This document shows, piece by piece, positions 53,894 to 63,471 of a stretch of DNA of 64,000 nucleotides. Position 1 is the stretch's first letter; every line of letters starts with the position of its first letter. The notes below the pieces were generated by a model. It was not told the origin of the DNA. It worked only from the letters and a program-made list of their open reading frames with translations, and did not search any database. The DNA lies in assembly GCA_038215155.1 (NCBI GenBank), contig JBBQRF010000001.1:54042-118041 (forward strand), in the 5' to 3' direction. A program made the translations under genes and the position numbers. Origin of the DNA: Minisyncoccia bacterium. Lineage in GTDB: Bacteria > Patescibacteriota > Minisyncoccia > Phycocordibacterales > CAJBRS01.

Positions 53894-54976
53894 TTATACT
53901 CTGTTTGCTGATTCAATTATGCCACCCCCGAGACAGGTTTCGCCATCGTAGATCACCAAGGACTGACCACTGGAAAGGCCCTCCTGAGGATTTTTGAATT
54001 TAATGTGAAAATGCTTGTTTTTTTTGCTTAGAAGTAACGGTTGTTTTTCCTGCCGATAGCGAATGCGGCCTAAAAGAGCCGGCTTAGTTGGCTCTTTTAG
54101 GCCGACCCAATTTACTTCTGTTAAATAGCATTCTTTTGCGGCTAGCTTTTCCCTCTTTATCTGCTCCTTATTTGAAACTATCAGAATATTTTTTGCAATA
54201 TCTTTTTTTATGACGTAATAGGGGCTCGAGTGATTGTTTTTCTTTTTAATCTCAAAACCATGTCGTTGACCAATAGTGTAAAAAAAGGCTCCATCATGTT
54301 GACCGATTACTTCTCTTTTCTCATTCATTACTCTCCCCTTTTTTTCCTTGAGGAAGTTTTTTAAAAAAGTCTTCATCTCAACCTTCCCAATAAAACAAAG
54401 ACCTTGGCTGTCTTTTTTATCAAAATTCGGCAAGTCAAATTTTTTAGCCATTTTTCGTACTTCCAACTTCTCAAAATCGCCTACTGGAAATAAAATATGA
54501 TTAAAGTCTTCTTTCTTCAATGACCACAGAAAATAACTTTGATCTTTTGATTTGTCTCGTCCCTCTAGGAGTTTCCCTCCTTGAATACGAGCGTAGTGAC
54601 CGGTGGCAATAAAATCGGCACCTTTTTTACGCGCCCAATCAAAAAAGGCACCAAACTTAATCTCTTTATTACACATTACGTCAGGATTGGGGGTGCGTCC
54701 TTTTTTATATTCCCTGATCATATAATCTACTACTTCTTTTTTGTACTCTCTCTCTAAATCCAAAGTCAAAAATGGAATCTTCAAATGAGCGGCCACTCGC
54801 ATGGCGTCGCGACGGTCTTCTTTCCAAGTACATTCGACAAAATCCGGCTGCCAGACTTTAATAAAAACACCCGTGACGTCATATCCTCCTTTCTTTAATA
54901 GGGCGGCAGAAACAGACGAGTCTACTCCCCCCGACATCCCTACAAAAACTTTTCTTTTAGAGATACTTCTTAACAT
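53894..54976 (-). CDS. mnmA: tRNA 2-thiouridine(34) synthase
   Basis: PP-loop VGMSGGVDSSVSA, the catalytic Cys regions, and C-terminal barrel. Confidence 0.9.
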   Translation of the reverse strand: MLRSISKRKVFVGMSGGVDSSVSAALLKKGGYDVTGVFIKVWQPDFVECTWKEDRRDAMRVAAHLKIPFLTLDLEREYKKEVVDYMIREYKKGRTPNPDVMCNKEIKFGAFFDWARKKGADFIATGHYARIQGGKLLEGRDKSKDQSYFLWSLKKEDFNHILFPVGDFEKLEVRKMAKKFDLPNFDKKDSQGLCFIGKVEMKTFLKNFLKEKKGRVMNEKREVIGQHDGAFFYTIGQRHGFEIKKKNNHSSPYYVIKKDIAKNILIVSNKEQIKREKLAAKECYLTEVNWVGLKEPTKPALLGRIRYRQEKQPLLLSKKNKHFHIKFKNPQEGLSSGQSLVIYDGETCLGGGIIESANRV

Positions 54977-55922
54977 TGGCTATATGCTCTTTTAAAGTGG
55001 TGGCGTAATGCATATTGCCGCTTTTATCAGAGATAAAATAATAGAAAGGTGTATCCGTGGGATAGAGGGCAGCAGTAATGGTATCTAACCCTGGATTGGA
55101 AATGGGAGTAGGGGGGAGACCCCGGTGTCTGTAAGTATTATATGGAGAATTAATTTTCAAATCAGCCGCCGTTAATTCTGCTGAACTTTTACCATTAATG
55201 TATTTGAACGTGGCGTCCACTTGAAGTGGAGTGCCGTCCGTAATTCTCTTCCACAAAATACCAGCCACAATCTTCCTATCGGCACTAGTCTTCGCCTCCC
55301 CCTCCAGAATGGAGGCCATAGTAATAATCTCATCCACCGAATGGGTAGATGAGGCCACTGCACCACTCAAGGTATTGATCTTCTGGTCAAAAGTATTCCG
55401 CATCATGGAAATTACCTCCGCAGGAGGCACTGTGGGAATAAAAAAATAAGTCTCGGGAAATAAATATCCTTCCTTGTCTGTAGCAAGATTTAAAAACTCT
55501 TCCTTATCAAATAAATTAAATCTATTTTTGTAAATATTAGCCATCTCTTTCACACTCACCCCTTCCGGAAGAGTTACCTTTATAGTAACGATGCCATAAT
55601 CTCCCTGGTTAATTCGACGAGCAACTTCAAACAAGCTATTGGAGTGCTGAAAAAGATAGTAACCCGCCACAACCTTATGTTCGCCCCCCATGAAAATCAC
55701 AAGATTAGTAAGCCAAAATGGAGAGCTAATGATTCCATTATTATAGAGTTCCCGCGCTACAGACTGAACACTTTGACCGCTCTCCACTCTAATTGTTGAG
55801 TCGGGCTTAAAATTAGAAGGCGTCTGAAAAAATATCTTAAAAAAAAGGAAAAGTAAAACACAAATAAATAATACTCCGTACAATCCCAGACGTTCTAAGA
55901 TTTTCAATATTTTTTCCCTCAT
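54957..55922 (-). CDS. mltG: endolytic murein transglycosylase MltG (YceG-like)
   Basis: N-terminal TM segment, TLPEG, ASILEGEA, and SPYNTYRHRGLPPTPISNPG. Confidence 0.85.
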   Translation of the reverse strand: MREKILKILERLGLYGVLFICVLLFLFFKIFFQTPSNFKPDSTIRVESGQSVQSVARELYNNGIISSPFWLTNLVIFMGGEHKVVAGYYLFQHSNSLFEVARRINQGDYGIVTIKVTLPEGVSVKEMANIYKNRFNLFDKEEFLNLATDKEGYLFPETYFFIPTVPPAEVISMMRNTFDQKINTLSGAVASSTHSVDEIITMASILEGEAKTSADRKIVAGILWKRITDGTPLQVDATFKYINGKSSAELTAADLKINSPYNTYRHRGLPPTPISNPGLDTITAALYPTDTPFYYFISDKSGNMHYATTLKEHIANVKKYL

Positions 55923-57151
55923 ATTGGAAGATTAGCCGGAGCGTCGGCTTTCTTAGCAGGCAATCGGTCAAAGCTAGGCGTGCCAGCCACTTCACCTGGG
56001 AAGTGAAAGATGGTGGCCAATTCTTCTGTTGTCATGATGAAGGGTTCGTGATGATCCATGAAAGGCGGCTCAAAAGCTCCGCGTTCTTTATAAGCGTCTA
56101 GCATGTGTTGCTCCATTCGATTTCGCCGCCTTCTCATAGTATTTTTAAATGGCGAAATCCAGCCAAAAAGTTTTACCATGTCTTTACCAAAATCATCATG
56201 GTCGGTAAACCATCCCAAGCTAATGCTGTTGAGATGGTCAGAGGAGTATTGTCTGAAACTGCCAATTAAGCCGCTAATGCCAAGATGATTATTGAAAATA
56301 TCCTCATGGGCAATATAGATACCGCGAATACAGCATTCAAATGGAAACTTAGCCAAATTTCTTTCCAAAACCATCATTACTTCTTGTTGGGCTTTGGTGG
56401 GGTTCGGGCGTCCTTTAGCTTCTTTGTCGGTGCTTTCAGTAGTTTCTTTTCTGATTTTCTGCACTTCGGCCTTCACTTCTTCTTTCCATTCTCGACTAGG
56501 ACCCTGGAGAACCCGGCCCTCTTTCCAACCTTCTTGTTTGTGAGCTTGAATAATTATTTGAATCCAGCCATATTCATTTTGGTGAAGAGATCCTAAATAT
56601 TCCAGGACAGAAGTAAATGGATCAATTTTAAATTCTTCTTTTGGATTTTCGTCCAAGCCGTAATCAATATAGGTTTTAATAGGATAGACATCCTCTTTCT
56701 TTTTCTTAAAATAGGTTCCCCACATCACCATCTCTTTACCGTGATCAATTATATGAGTGTAATCCTCCACCTCATGAACTTCTACGTTTGGATACTGGGC
56801 GTAAATTTGGGTCTCAATAATATTCTTCCAAGCAGAACGAGTGTAAATATAAAAATGAACCTTTCCTTCTAAAGAAACTAACTCTAAAGAAAACGAGGGG
56901 CGAACTTTGCCGTCAATATAAGTTTCCAAATAAGAGGCGGCTCCGGTTTGAAAAAGGGCAGTGAAGAAAATCTCCATGGCGGCGGGAGATTTAGTTATTT
57001 CTTTTGGTAATTTTAATTCTAAAAGAGTGTAGTTTTGTTTGGCCACAAATTTACTCCGAGTGTAACGGAGCCATAGACGCAAAAAAGCGTATCCCAGAAA
57101 AAGTGGAATACAGAAGACTAAAAGAACATAGACAGCATAAAAAACATTCAT
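55919..57151 (-). CDS. hypothetical membrane-anchored protein
   Basis: 410 aa with an N-terminal TM segment and LLELKLPKEITKSPAAMEIFFTALFQ. No assignable family. Confidence 0.55.
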   Translation of the reverse strand: MNVFYAVYVLLVFCIPLFLGYAFLRLWLRYTRSKFVAKQNYTLLELKLPKEITKSPAAMEIFFTALFQTGAASYLETYIDGKVRPSFSLELVSLEGKVHFYIYTRSAWKNIIETQIYAQYPNVEVHEVEDYTHIIDHGKEMVMWGTYFKKKKEDVYPIKTYIDYGLDENPKEEFKIDPFTSVLEYLGSLHQNEYGWIQIIIQAHKQEGWKEGRVLQGPSREWKEEVKAEVQKIRKETTESTDKEAKGRPNPTKAQQEVMMVLERNLAKFPFECCIRGIYIAHEDIFNNHLGISGLIGSFRQYSSDHLNSISLGWFTDHDDFGKDMVKLFGWISPFKNTMRRRRNRMEQHMLDAYKERGAFEPPFMDHHEPFIMTTEELATIFHFPGEVAGTPSFDRLPAKKADAPANLPI

Positions 57152-57177
57152 AACTATATTTTAACTGGAAAGAGGTA

Positions 57178-58206
57178 TTAGACCAAGTTGTATTTTCCCT
57201 CCTTGGTTTTCTTAAAGAATTTAGGATTCTGGAGATTGACCATAATGGTATTCTCCTTAACGTATCGCTCCTTCAAAACTTTCTCAATAATTTGCTCGCG
57301 AGTTAGTGGGCCGTTCTTTTCTAAAATCTTTTTAATGACGTCTTTTACTACACCGCTTAAGTACCCCCATTCTGATAGAGCATATAAACCACGGCCGACT
57401 AATACGAAACGTGGATCTTTAATCAATTCATTGTGAGTGGTAGCTACATGAGCTTTTTTGTGGAATAGATCAGTAACAATACGAGCTATTTCTTTAAAGT
57501 GAATTGGGGAGCCGTGTTTTCTCATGGCTAAAAAGGCATAATCACGGATGCCTTTAGTTTTAATGTTTGGAGATGATGCAATTCCCCATTCCTCTAGTGG
57601 ATTTTTTCCAATATTTTTAGAAATACCAAGCCAGCGTCTCAAAATTTCTTCATCCTTATAATGTTCTGAAACATCTTTGACGTGCTCTAAGAAAGAAGCA
57701 ATTAGTTCTGCTTCTGGAATGAGATCTTCATCAGAAAGATTTTTATAAAGCTTTCTCAAGGAGTCGTGGACTTTTTTGGAAAGATCTTCATCAACATACC
57801 AGCGATGCTTGAACTCATCATCCTCTTTGCGGCGCTTAAAAGCATCCCCCACTACCAACATGAAATTAACATGATTTTGAATTGAAGAATCTTTTGACAG
57901 GTTATTTAAAAAATCTTCTTCCGCTACAATGCCGCCCATCTGATGAAGAACGGATTCTAATTCTTCAAAGTCTGCTTTCTCCTCTTTAATGGCGTCCGAT
58001 TTGCGAATATTAATTAATCCAGAATTTTCAATTTGGCGCACCCTCTCTCGAGTAATACCGTAATGTTCGCCGATGGCTTCTAGGGTCATCTTTTCCGGAT
58101 CTTTTCCTAGGCCATAGCGTTTAATAAGCACCTCACGGGCACGTTCAGGCAAGCTCTGAAGCAGGCGTTTGGTGGTCTGTTTCGGCTTGAATTTAAGAAG
58201 ATTCAT
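57178..58206 (-). CDS. sigma-70 region-4 HTH plus HARE-HTH domain protein (not a complete sigma factor)
   Basis: N-terminal LPERAREVLIKRYGL...TLEAIGEHYGITRERVRQIENSGL matches region 4.2. C-terminal AFLAMRKHGSPIHFKEIARIV...DPRFVLVGRGLYALSEW resembles the HARE-HTH of the RNAP delta subunit. No region-2 motifs. Confidence 0.6.
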   Translation of the reverse strand: MNLLKFKPKQTTKRLLQSLPERAREVLIKRYGLGKDPEKMTLEAIGEHYGITRERVRQIENSGLINIRKSDAIKEEKADFEELESVLHQMGGIVAEEDFLNNLSKDSSIQNHVNFMLVVGDAFKRRKEDDEFKHRWYVDEDLSKKVHDSLRKLYKNLSDEDLIPEAELIASFLEHVKDVSEHYKDEEILRRWLGISKNIGKNPLEEWGIASSPNIKTKGIRDYAFLAMRKHGSPIHFKEIARIVTDLFHKKAHVATTHNELIKDPRFVLVGRGLYALSEWGYLSGVVKDVIKKILEKNGPLTREQIIEKVLKERYVKENTIMVNLQNPKFFKKTKEGKYNLV

Positions 58207-58288
58207 ATGATTACATCATTTTTATCATAATATGGGTATAAGTCAAGGTGAGGGGCACTTGAATGGCTAAAAATGGCCATAAAGTAGC

Positions 58289-60649
58289 CTAAATTACAAT
58301 ATTTAATAATCTGCCCGGCACGTAGATTATTTTCTTAGGTTCCGTTTTTCCCAGCCATTTAGCCATTTCTGGCAGCCCTTTTGCCGCTAAAAAAACCGCC
58401 TCCTGCTCAGAATCGGCGCTCATTTTAACCAAACCGCGCATCTTGCCGTTTATCTGAATGACGATGTTTGACTCTTCCTCAGTAATTAATTGCGGATTAT
58501 GTGCAGGCCATTTTTCGGCAAAAATCGAGGTAGAATGTCCGCACTTTTCCCAAAGTTCTTCGGAGAGGTGTGGGCAAAACGGGGCAAGGATTATTAAAAA
58601 TCTTTCAAAATCCAATTGATTAATCTCGGAAACTTTATCAAATTGATTACCTAGAATCATTAAGGTTGAGACGGCAGTATTAAAATGCATTGATTCAATA
58701 TCCTCCCCTACTTTCTTAATAGTTTTTTCTAATAGGGATTTTGTTTCCTTATCGGTTGTTTTAGTATTAACTTTTTCAAATTGCTTCCATATTTTTTCCA
58801 CAAAACGACGCGGGCCGAGAATTCCGTCTGTACTCCACTTCACAGCCTGATCGAACGGCCCCATGAACATTTCATAAAGACGAAAAGTATCAGCGCCAAA
58901 AGTATTCACCACATCGTCTGGATTAATAACATTTCCGCGTGATTTAGACATCTTTTCACCATCCGGAGCCAAAATAAATCCGTGGGAAGTGCGTTTTTGA
59001 TACGGTTCATTGACTGGCGAGACGCCAATGTCGAATAAAAATTTATTCCAAAAGCGCGAGTAAAGCAGGTGCAAAGTCGTATGTTCCATTCCTCCGTTAT
59101 ACCAATCCACTGGCATCCACTTTTTTAATTTCTCCGGATCAGCTAGAGCGTTCGTATTTTCAGGATCAATGTAGCGCAGAAAATACCAGCTTGAGCCCGC
59201 CCAATTTGGCATGGTATCGGTTTCCCGCTTTGCTTCCCCTCCACATTTTGGACAAGTAATATTCACCCACTCGGAAATGACAGCGAGCGGAGATTCGCCA
59301 CTATCAGTAGGATGATAATTTTCTACCTCAGGAAGCTCGACAGGTAGATCTTTCTCAGGCACGGGCACCGTCCCGCATTTAGCGCAGTGAATTATGGGGA
59401 TCGGCTCTCCCCAATACCTTTGGCGGGAGAAAATCCAATCACGAAGTTTGTAGGTGGTTTTCATTTTACCCCCGACTAAATCTACTAATTCTTCCTTTAC
59501 TTCTTGGATTGAGTGCCCGGAAAAATTTTCAGAATTAATTAATTTGGATCCGTCTATTACTTCCTTGGTGGGCAATGTGTACTTTTTAGCAAATTGTCCA
59601 TCTCGCTCATCGTGAGCAGGCACGGCCATGATAGCGCCAGTGCCATAGTGCGGCAGGACGTAATCCGCCACAAAGACGGGGATGCGTTCCTTAGTGGCAG
59701 GATTGATAGCCTTAATTCCTTTTAATTCCACTCCTGTTTTTTCCTTACTAAGCGATGTTCGCTCAATTTCTGTGGTTGCTTTAGATTTTTGAAGATAGGA
59801 ATTTACCTTATCTTTATTTTCTATTGTTTCGCGTTTAAGAAACTCCTCAACAAAAAAGTGCTCCGGGGAAAGCACTAAATAGGTCGCCCCGTAAATAGTT
59901 TCGGGGCGACTAGTAAAAACAATGATGGACGCTTCTTCCCCCTCGATGTTAAATTTAATTTCTGCTCCTTCGCTGCGGCCAATCCAATTTTTCTGCTGTA
60001 ATTTAATCTGAGGGGAATAATCTACCGTATCTAAATCTTTATCAAGGCGCTCTGCGTATTTAGTTATAGCCAGAATCCACTGTTCTTTCTCTCTCTTTTC
60101 CACGGCTGTGCCGCATCTCTCGCATTTACCATTTATCACCTCTTCGTTGGCCAAGCCAGTCTTATCTTTCGGACACCAATTAATAATGGCCTTAGCCTTA
60201 TAACCCAGACCATGTTTATAAAGTTGCAAGAAGATCCATTGAGTCCATTTATAATATTTTGGATCTGTCGTATTAATTTCGCGAGACCAATCGAAAGAAG
60301 TGCCGAGAAGCTTAATCTGCCGGCGAAAATTATCAGTATTGTTTTTCGTCACTTCGGCAGGCGAAATGCCAGTCTTAATAGCGTAATTTTCCGTGGGTAA
60401 GCCGAAGGCGTCCCACCCTATAGGATAGAGGACGTTAAACCCTTCCAAACGCTTCTTTCGAGCAATGATATCCATGCCAATGTAAGGACGTGGATGACCG
60501 ACGTGAAGGCCATCTCCGGAAGGATACGGAAATTCAACTAAGGCGTAGAACTTTGGATTAGAGCTATTATCGTCTGTTTTATAGAGTTGTTTTTCTTCCC
60601 AAATTTTTTGCCATTTTTCTTCAAGCTTTTTGTGATCGTATTGATCCAT
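58289..60649 (-). CDS. leuS: leucine--tRNA ligase
   Basis: FPYPSGDGLHVGH (HIGH), KMSKSRGN, and the CP1 editing domain. 786 aa. Confidence 0.95.
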   Translation of the reverse strand: MDQYDHKKLEEKWQKIWEEKQLYKTDDNSSNPKFYALVEFPYPSGDGLHVGHPRPYIGMDIIARKKRLEGFNVLYPIGWDAFGLPTENYAIKTGISPAEVTKNNTDNFRRQIKLLGTSFDWSREINTTDPKYYKWTQWIFLQLYKHGLGYKAKAIINWCPKDKTGLANEEVINGKCERCGTAVEKREKEQWILAITKYAERLDKDLDTVDYSPQIKLQQKNWIGRSEGAEIKFNIEGEEASIIVFTSRPETIYGATYLVLSPEHFFVEEFLKRETIENKDKVNSYLQKSKATTEIERTSLSKEKTGVELKGIKAINPATKERIPVFVADYVLPHYGTGAIMAVPAHDERDGQFAKKYTLPTKEVIDGSKLINSENFSGHSIQEVKEELVDLVGGKMKTTYKLRDWIFSRQRYWGEPIPIIHCAKCGTVPVPEKDLPVELPEVENYHPTDSGESPLAVISEWVNITCPKCGGEAKRETDTMPNWAGSSWYFLRYIDPENTNALADPEKLKKWMPVDWYNGGMEHTTLHLLYSRFWNKFLFDIGVSPVNEPYQKRTSHGFILAPDGEKMSKSRGNVINPDDVVNTFGADTFRLYEMFMGPFDQAVKWSTDGILGPRRFVEKIWKQFEKVNTKTTDKETKSLLEKTIKKVGEDIESMHFNTAVSTLMILGNQFDKVSEINQLDFERFLIILAPFCPHLSEELWEKCGHSTSIFAEKWPAHNPQLITEEESNIVIQINGKMRGLVKMSADSEQEAVFLAAKGLPEMAKWLGKTEPKKIIYVPGRLLNIVI

Positions 60650-60654
60650 CCCCC

Positions 60655-61251
60655 TTATTCATTTTTAAACTTTTTCACCCCAACCCAAATTAACGCGGCC
60701 AGCGCTACCCCAAGAATTACTACTCTTAGCAAATTTTGAGCTTCACCCCAATATCGGACCGCAGCAATTACTAATGAAAGCACGCCACCTAATGACAATC
60801 CCATAGTAACTATGCCGGCCACTCTCCAGAATATAGCCACCAGTATCGAAATAATACCTAAACTGATTAAGATGGTGAAAACATTTCTCTCATATATTTT
60901 TCTAGTATCCTCAAATTTATTACGGCAAGAATAATCGGGATCACAATAGCCAGTAACGGTTGGATTCGCTAATTTAGCGGGAGAAACTGCGGGAGCAGTA
61001 GGAGCGTTGGGAATTTGCTGAGGATAGACGTTTTCCGTCCACTGACCTCCAACATTTATACACTGATCTCGAGTGGCGGGTTGGATATTAACTTGTCGAG
61101 TCGGGCAAAAATTTTGATAGTTAGGCGCCTTGTAAAAAAGTGATAGCGAATAATTAAAAAATAAATTTAATAATATAACTATGCCGATGATAATTGACCA
61201 TTTCAGAACGCGAGAAGGTTTTTGTGATTCCATATACTCAAATTCTGCCAC
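60655..61251 (-). CDS. hypothetical membrane protein
   Basis: 198 aa with one N-terminal and two or three C-terminal TM helices around a Cys-containing loop. GTG start at 61251, or ATG at 61233. Confidence 0.55.
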   Translation of the reverse strand: MAEFEYMESQKPSRVLKWSIIIGIVILLNLFFNYSLSLFYKAPNYQNFCPTRQVNIQPATRDQCINVGGQWTENVYPQQIPNAPTAPAVSPAKLANPTVTGYCDPDYSCRNKFEDTRKIYERNVFTILISLGIISILVAIFWRVAGIVTMGLSLGGVLSLVIAAVRYWGEAQNLLRVVILGVALAALIWVGVKKFKNE

Positions 61252-61260
61252 AGAATAGTG

Positions 61261-61294
61261 AAAATAAAAAGCCCTCGAATTTCTAAGAGGGCTT
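61261..61294 (-). terminator. rho-independent terminator about 170 nt downstream of ychF
   Basis: aagccctc / gagggctt stem (61269-61276 / 61287-61294), followed on the minus strand by TTTTTATTTT. Confidence 0.7.
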
Positions 61295-61466
61295 GAGAAT
61301 GTGAAGGACGAAGCAGATGATAAGACCTGAAACAGGACAGGTCATGGTTAAAAGAACTGGAAGAGAAAAAATTTTTCCCTTCCAAGGCATTTCAGACGAT
61401 AGTAAGGTCGGTTCAATCATGTACAGTTCTAGACTATTTTGAAATTAATACAAGTGTGTTAATTTG

Positions 61467-62573
61467 TCAAATTTTAAACTCAATGACATCCCCATCCTGG
61501 ACGATGTAATCTTTGCCTTCTGTGCGAAGAAGGCCTTTCTCCCGTGCGGCGCCGAAGGAGCCGCACGTCAACAAATCTTGCCAATTAATCACTTCCGCTC
61601 GAATAAACTTCTCGCGGAAGTCGCCGTGGATGGCCGCGCCCGCTTCTGGCGCGGCCGATCCACTCTTAATAGTCCATGCCCGCGTCTCATCTTCTCCGGT
61701 TGTAAAATATGTCATCAATCCTAAGGTCTCATAACTTTTTTGTATAAGACCTTGAATACCGTCATCTCCCCCATTGAGCTCTTTACGAAAAGTGGCCTTC
61801 TCTTCTCCTTCAAAATCCTTTAAATCATCTTCAATTTTAGCGTCGATAATAACGTAGTCTGCTTTTTCCACCTTAAAAAATTCTAATAACTTATTGTATC
61901 GCTCGTCCTTCTCTTCATCTAAATTCCTTCCCCCGGCCTTCTTATTCAAACCGTAGAGGATTTTTTTCATTGTTAAAAGGTTCAGAAGTTTTACCGGTGC
62001 CAATTCCTCGTCGCTTAAATCTGCCTTTCGAGCCAAATCTCCTTTTTCCAAAATCTCTAAAACTTTTAAAATGGCCTGATATTCGGCGATTATTTTTTTA
62101 TCTCCTTTTTTTGCCTCTTTCTCAAGATTTCCGGCCCGCTTCTTGACGGTTTCTGTATCGACTAAAATCAACTCTAAATTTATTACCTCAATATCTCCAA
62201 GTGGATCAATATTGTTATTAACATGGATAATATTTTGATCTTCAAAAATACGCACCACTTCCAAGATAGCGTCTACTTCTCTAATATGGCTTAAGAATTT
62301 ATTTCCCAGACCTTCCCCTTTAGAGGCGCCCTTTACGAGTCCGGCAATATCCACAAATTCCACAACTGCGGGAATGGTTTTTTTGGATTTAGAGAATTCG
62401 CTTAGATTCCACAACCGCTTATCGGGCACCGCCACCACACCCACAGAGGGATCGATAGTAGCGAATGGATAATTAGCAGCCAAAACACTTTGGCGCGTTA
62501 GCGCATTGAAAAGAGTAGATTTACCAACATTTGGAAGGCCCACTATTCCGATTGTAAGTTTTGTAATGGACAT
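61467..62573 (-). CDS. ychF: redox-regulated ribosome-binding ATPase YchF
   Basis: GIVGLPNVGKSTLFNALT, the coiled-coil insert, and a C-terminal TGS domain (DFEKGFIRAE-like FREKFIRAEV). Confidence 0.95.
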   Translation of the reverse strand: MSITKLTIGIVGLPNVGKSTLFNALTRQSVLAANYPFATIDPSVGVVAVPDKRLWNLSEFSKSKKTIPAVVEFVDIAGLVKGASKGEGLGNKFLSHIREVDAILEVVRIFEDQNIIHVNNNIDPLGDIEVINLELILVDTETVKKRAGNLEKEAKKGDKKIIAEYQAILKVLEILEKGDLARKADLSDEELAPVKLLNLLTMKKILYGLNKKAGGRNLDEEKDERYNKLLEFFKVEKADYVIIDAKIEDDLKDFEGEEKATFRKELNGGDDGIQGLIQKSYETLGLMTYFTTGEDETRAWTIKSGSAAPEAGAAIHGDFREKFIRAEVINWQDLLTCGSFGAAREKGLLRTEGKDYIVQDGDVIEFKI

Positions 62574-62600
62574 AGATGATAATGTTTTTGTAAGGAATTA

Positions 62601-63443
62601 TTAAGCTTTGATAAATAGATAATTAGACTCAATCTCCTGTTGGAGAATAAAATGATTGGTGGCAAGTAATTGCTTTACTTCCTTATCTTTTCTATCACTT
62701 ATTTCTAGCATTATACAACAACCTTTTTGCATCATTTCTAAGATCTCCGTCATCCCTGAGAGCGCTTCGTATTCAAATCCTTCTACATCAATTTTAACAA
62801 AACTGATTTTATTAGGAGATATACCGCATTCTCTTATAATGTGATCTCCTGTATTCATGTGAACGACATTTTTCATATCCCACCCTGGATTATTGCTATC
62901 TATTCCAACAATCCTCCCACCACCCAAATGATTAGAATTTGTCTCAAATTCTACGTCTCGCTCTGCGTCCCCTACCGCTAATTGTTTAAGAATGGCTGAG
63001 TTACCAATATTGTTTAGATTAATATTCTCTTTAAGCAACGCGTAGGTGTATGGATTTGCCTCCACGGATATAGATTTTTGATAGCCTTTTGCGTGGGCTA
63101 ATATCGTATATCTTCCGATATTTGCGCCCAAATCAAGAAAAGTCTCCTTATTTTTAGAAATCTCAAGCCAGGGTATTAAACGACCTTCAAAATACTCGGA
63201 AGAAATTGTTATGGAGTCATTAAAAGGTTTAACCACAAAAATTCCTATTTTATTTTTTATGATAAATTTATTTTCAGGAAAAGGAGAAAATAAATATTTT
63301 ATAGCCTTCCCCAGCCAGGGCAATTTTCTTAGAAAAATATGACTAATATATGAAGCGGAAAATAAAAAATAGAAAAGCAGTCTTGAACCTTTAATAATTT
63401 CCGTATGAAAAATTATATTATAAACTTCTTCTAATTTTTTCAT
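62601..63443 (-). CDS. FkbM-family methyltransferase with an N-terminal TM segment
   Basis: FLDLGANIGRYT and FVKIDVEGFEYEAL, typical FkbM motifs. Confidence 0.75.
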   Translation of the reverse strand: MKKLEEVYNIIFHTEIIKGSRLLFYFLFSASYISHIFLRKLPWLGKAIKYLFSPFPENKFIIKNKIGIFVVKPFNDSITISSEYFEGRLIPWLEISKNKETFLDLGANIGRYTILAHAKGYQKSISVEANPYTYALLKENINLNNIGNSAILKQLAVGDAERDVEFETNSNHLGGGRIVGIDSNNPGWDMKNVVHMNTGDHIIRECGISPNKISFVKIDVEGFEYEALSGMTEILEMMQKGCCIMLEISDRKDKEVKQLLATNHFILQQEIESNYLFIKA

Positions 63444-63471
63444 ATATGGAAATGTTTTCGCTCAGGCCGCT

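Noticed and set aside
61406-61418. A tRNA T-loop-like GGTCGGTTCAATC in the ychF downstream region. I also looked generally for tRNA genes in all gaps longer than 80 nt.
   Set aside because: The flanking bases cannot form the 5-bp T-stem (gtcgg versus atgta), and no acceptor or anticodon arms can be drawn. I found no convincing tRNA, rRNA, tmRNA or RNase P signature anywhere in the window.
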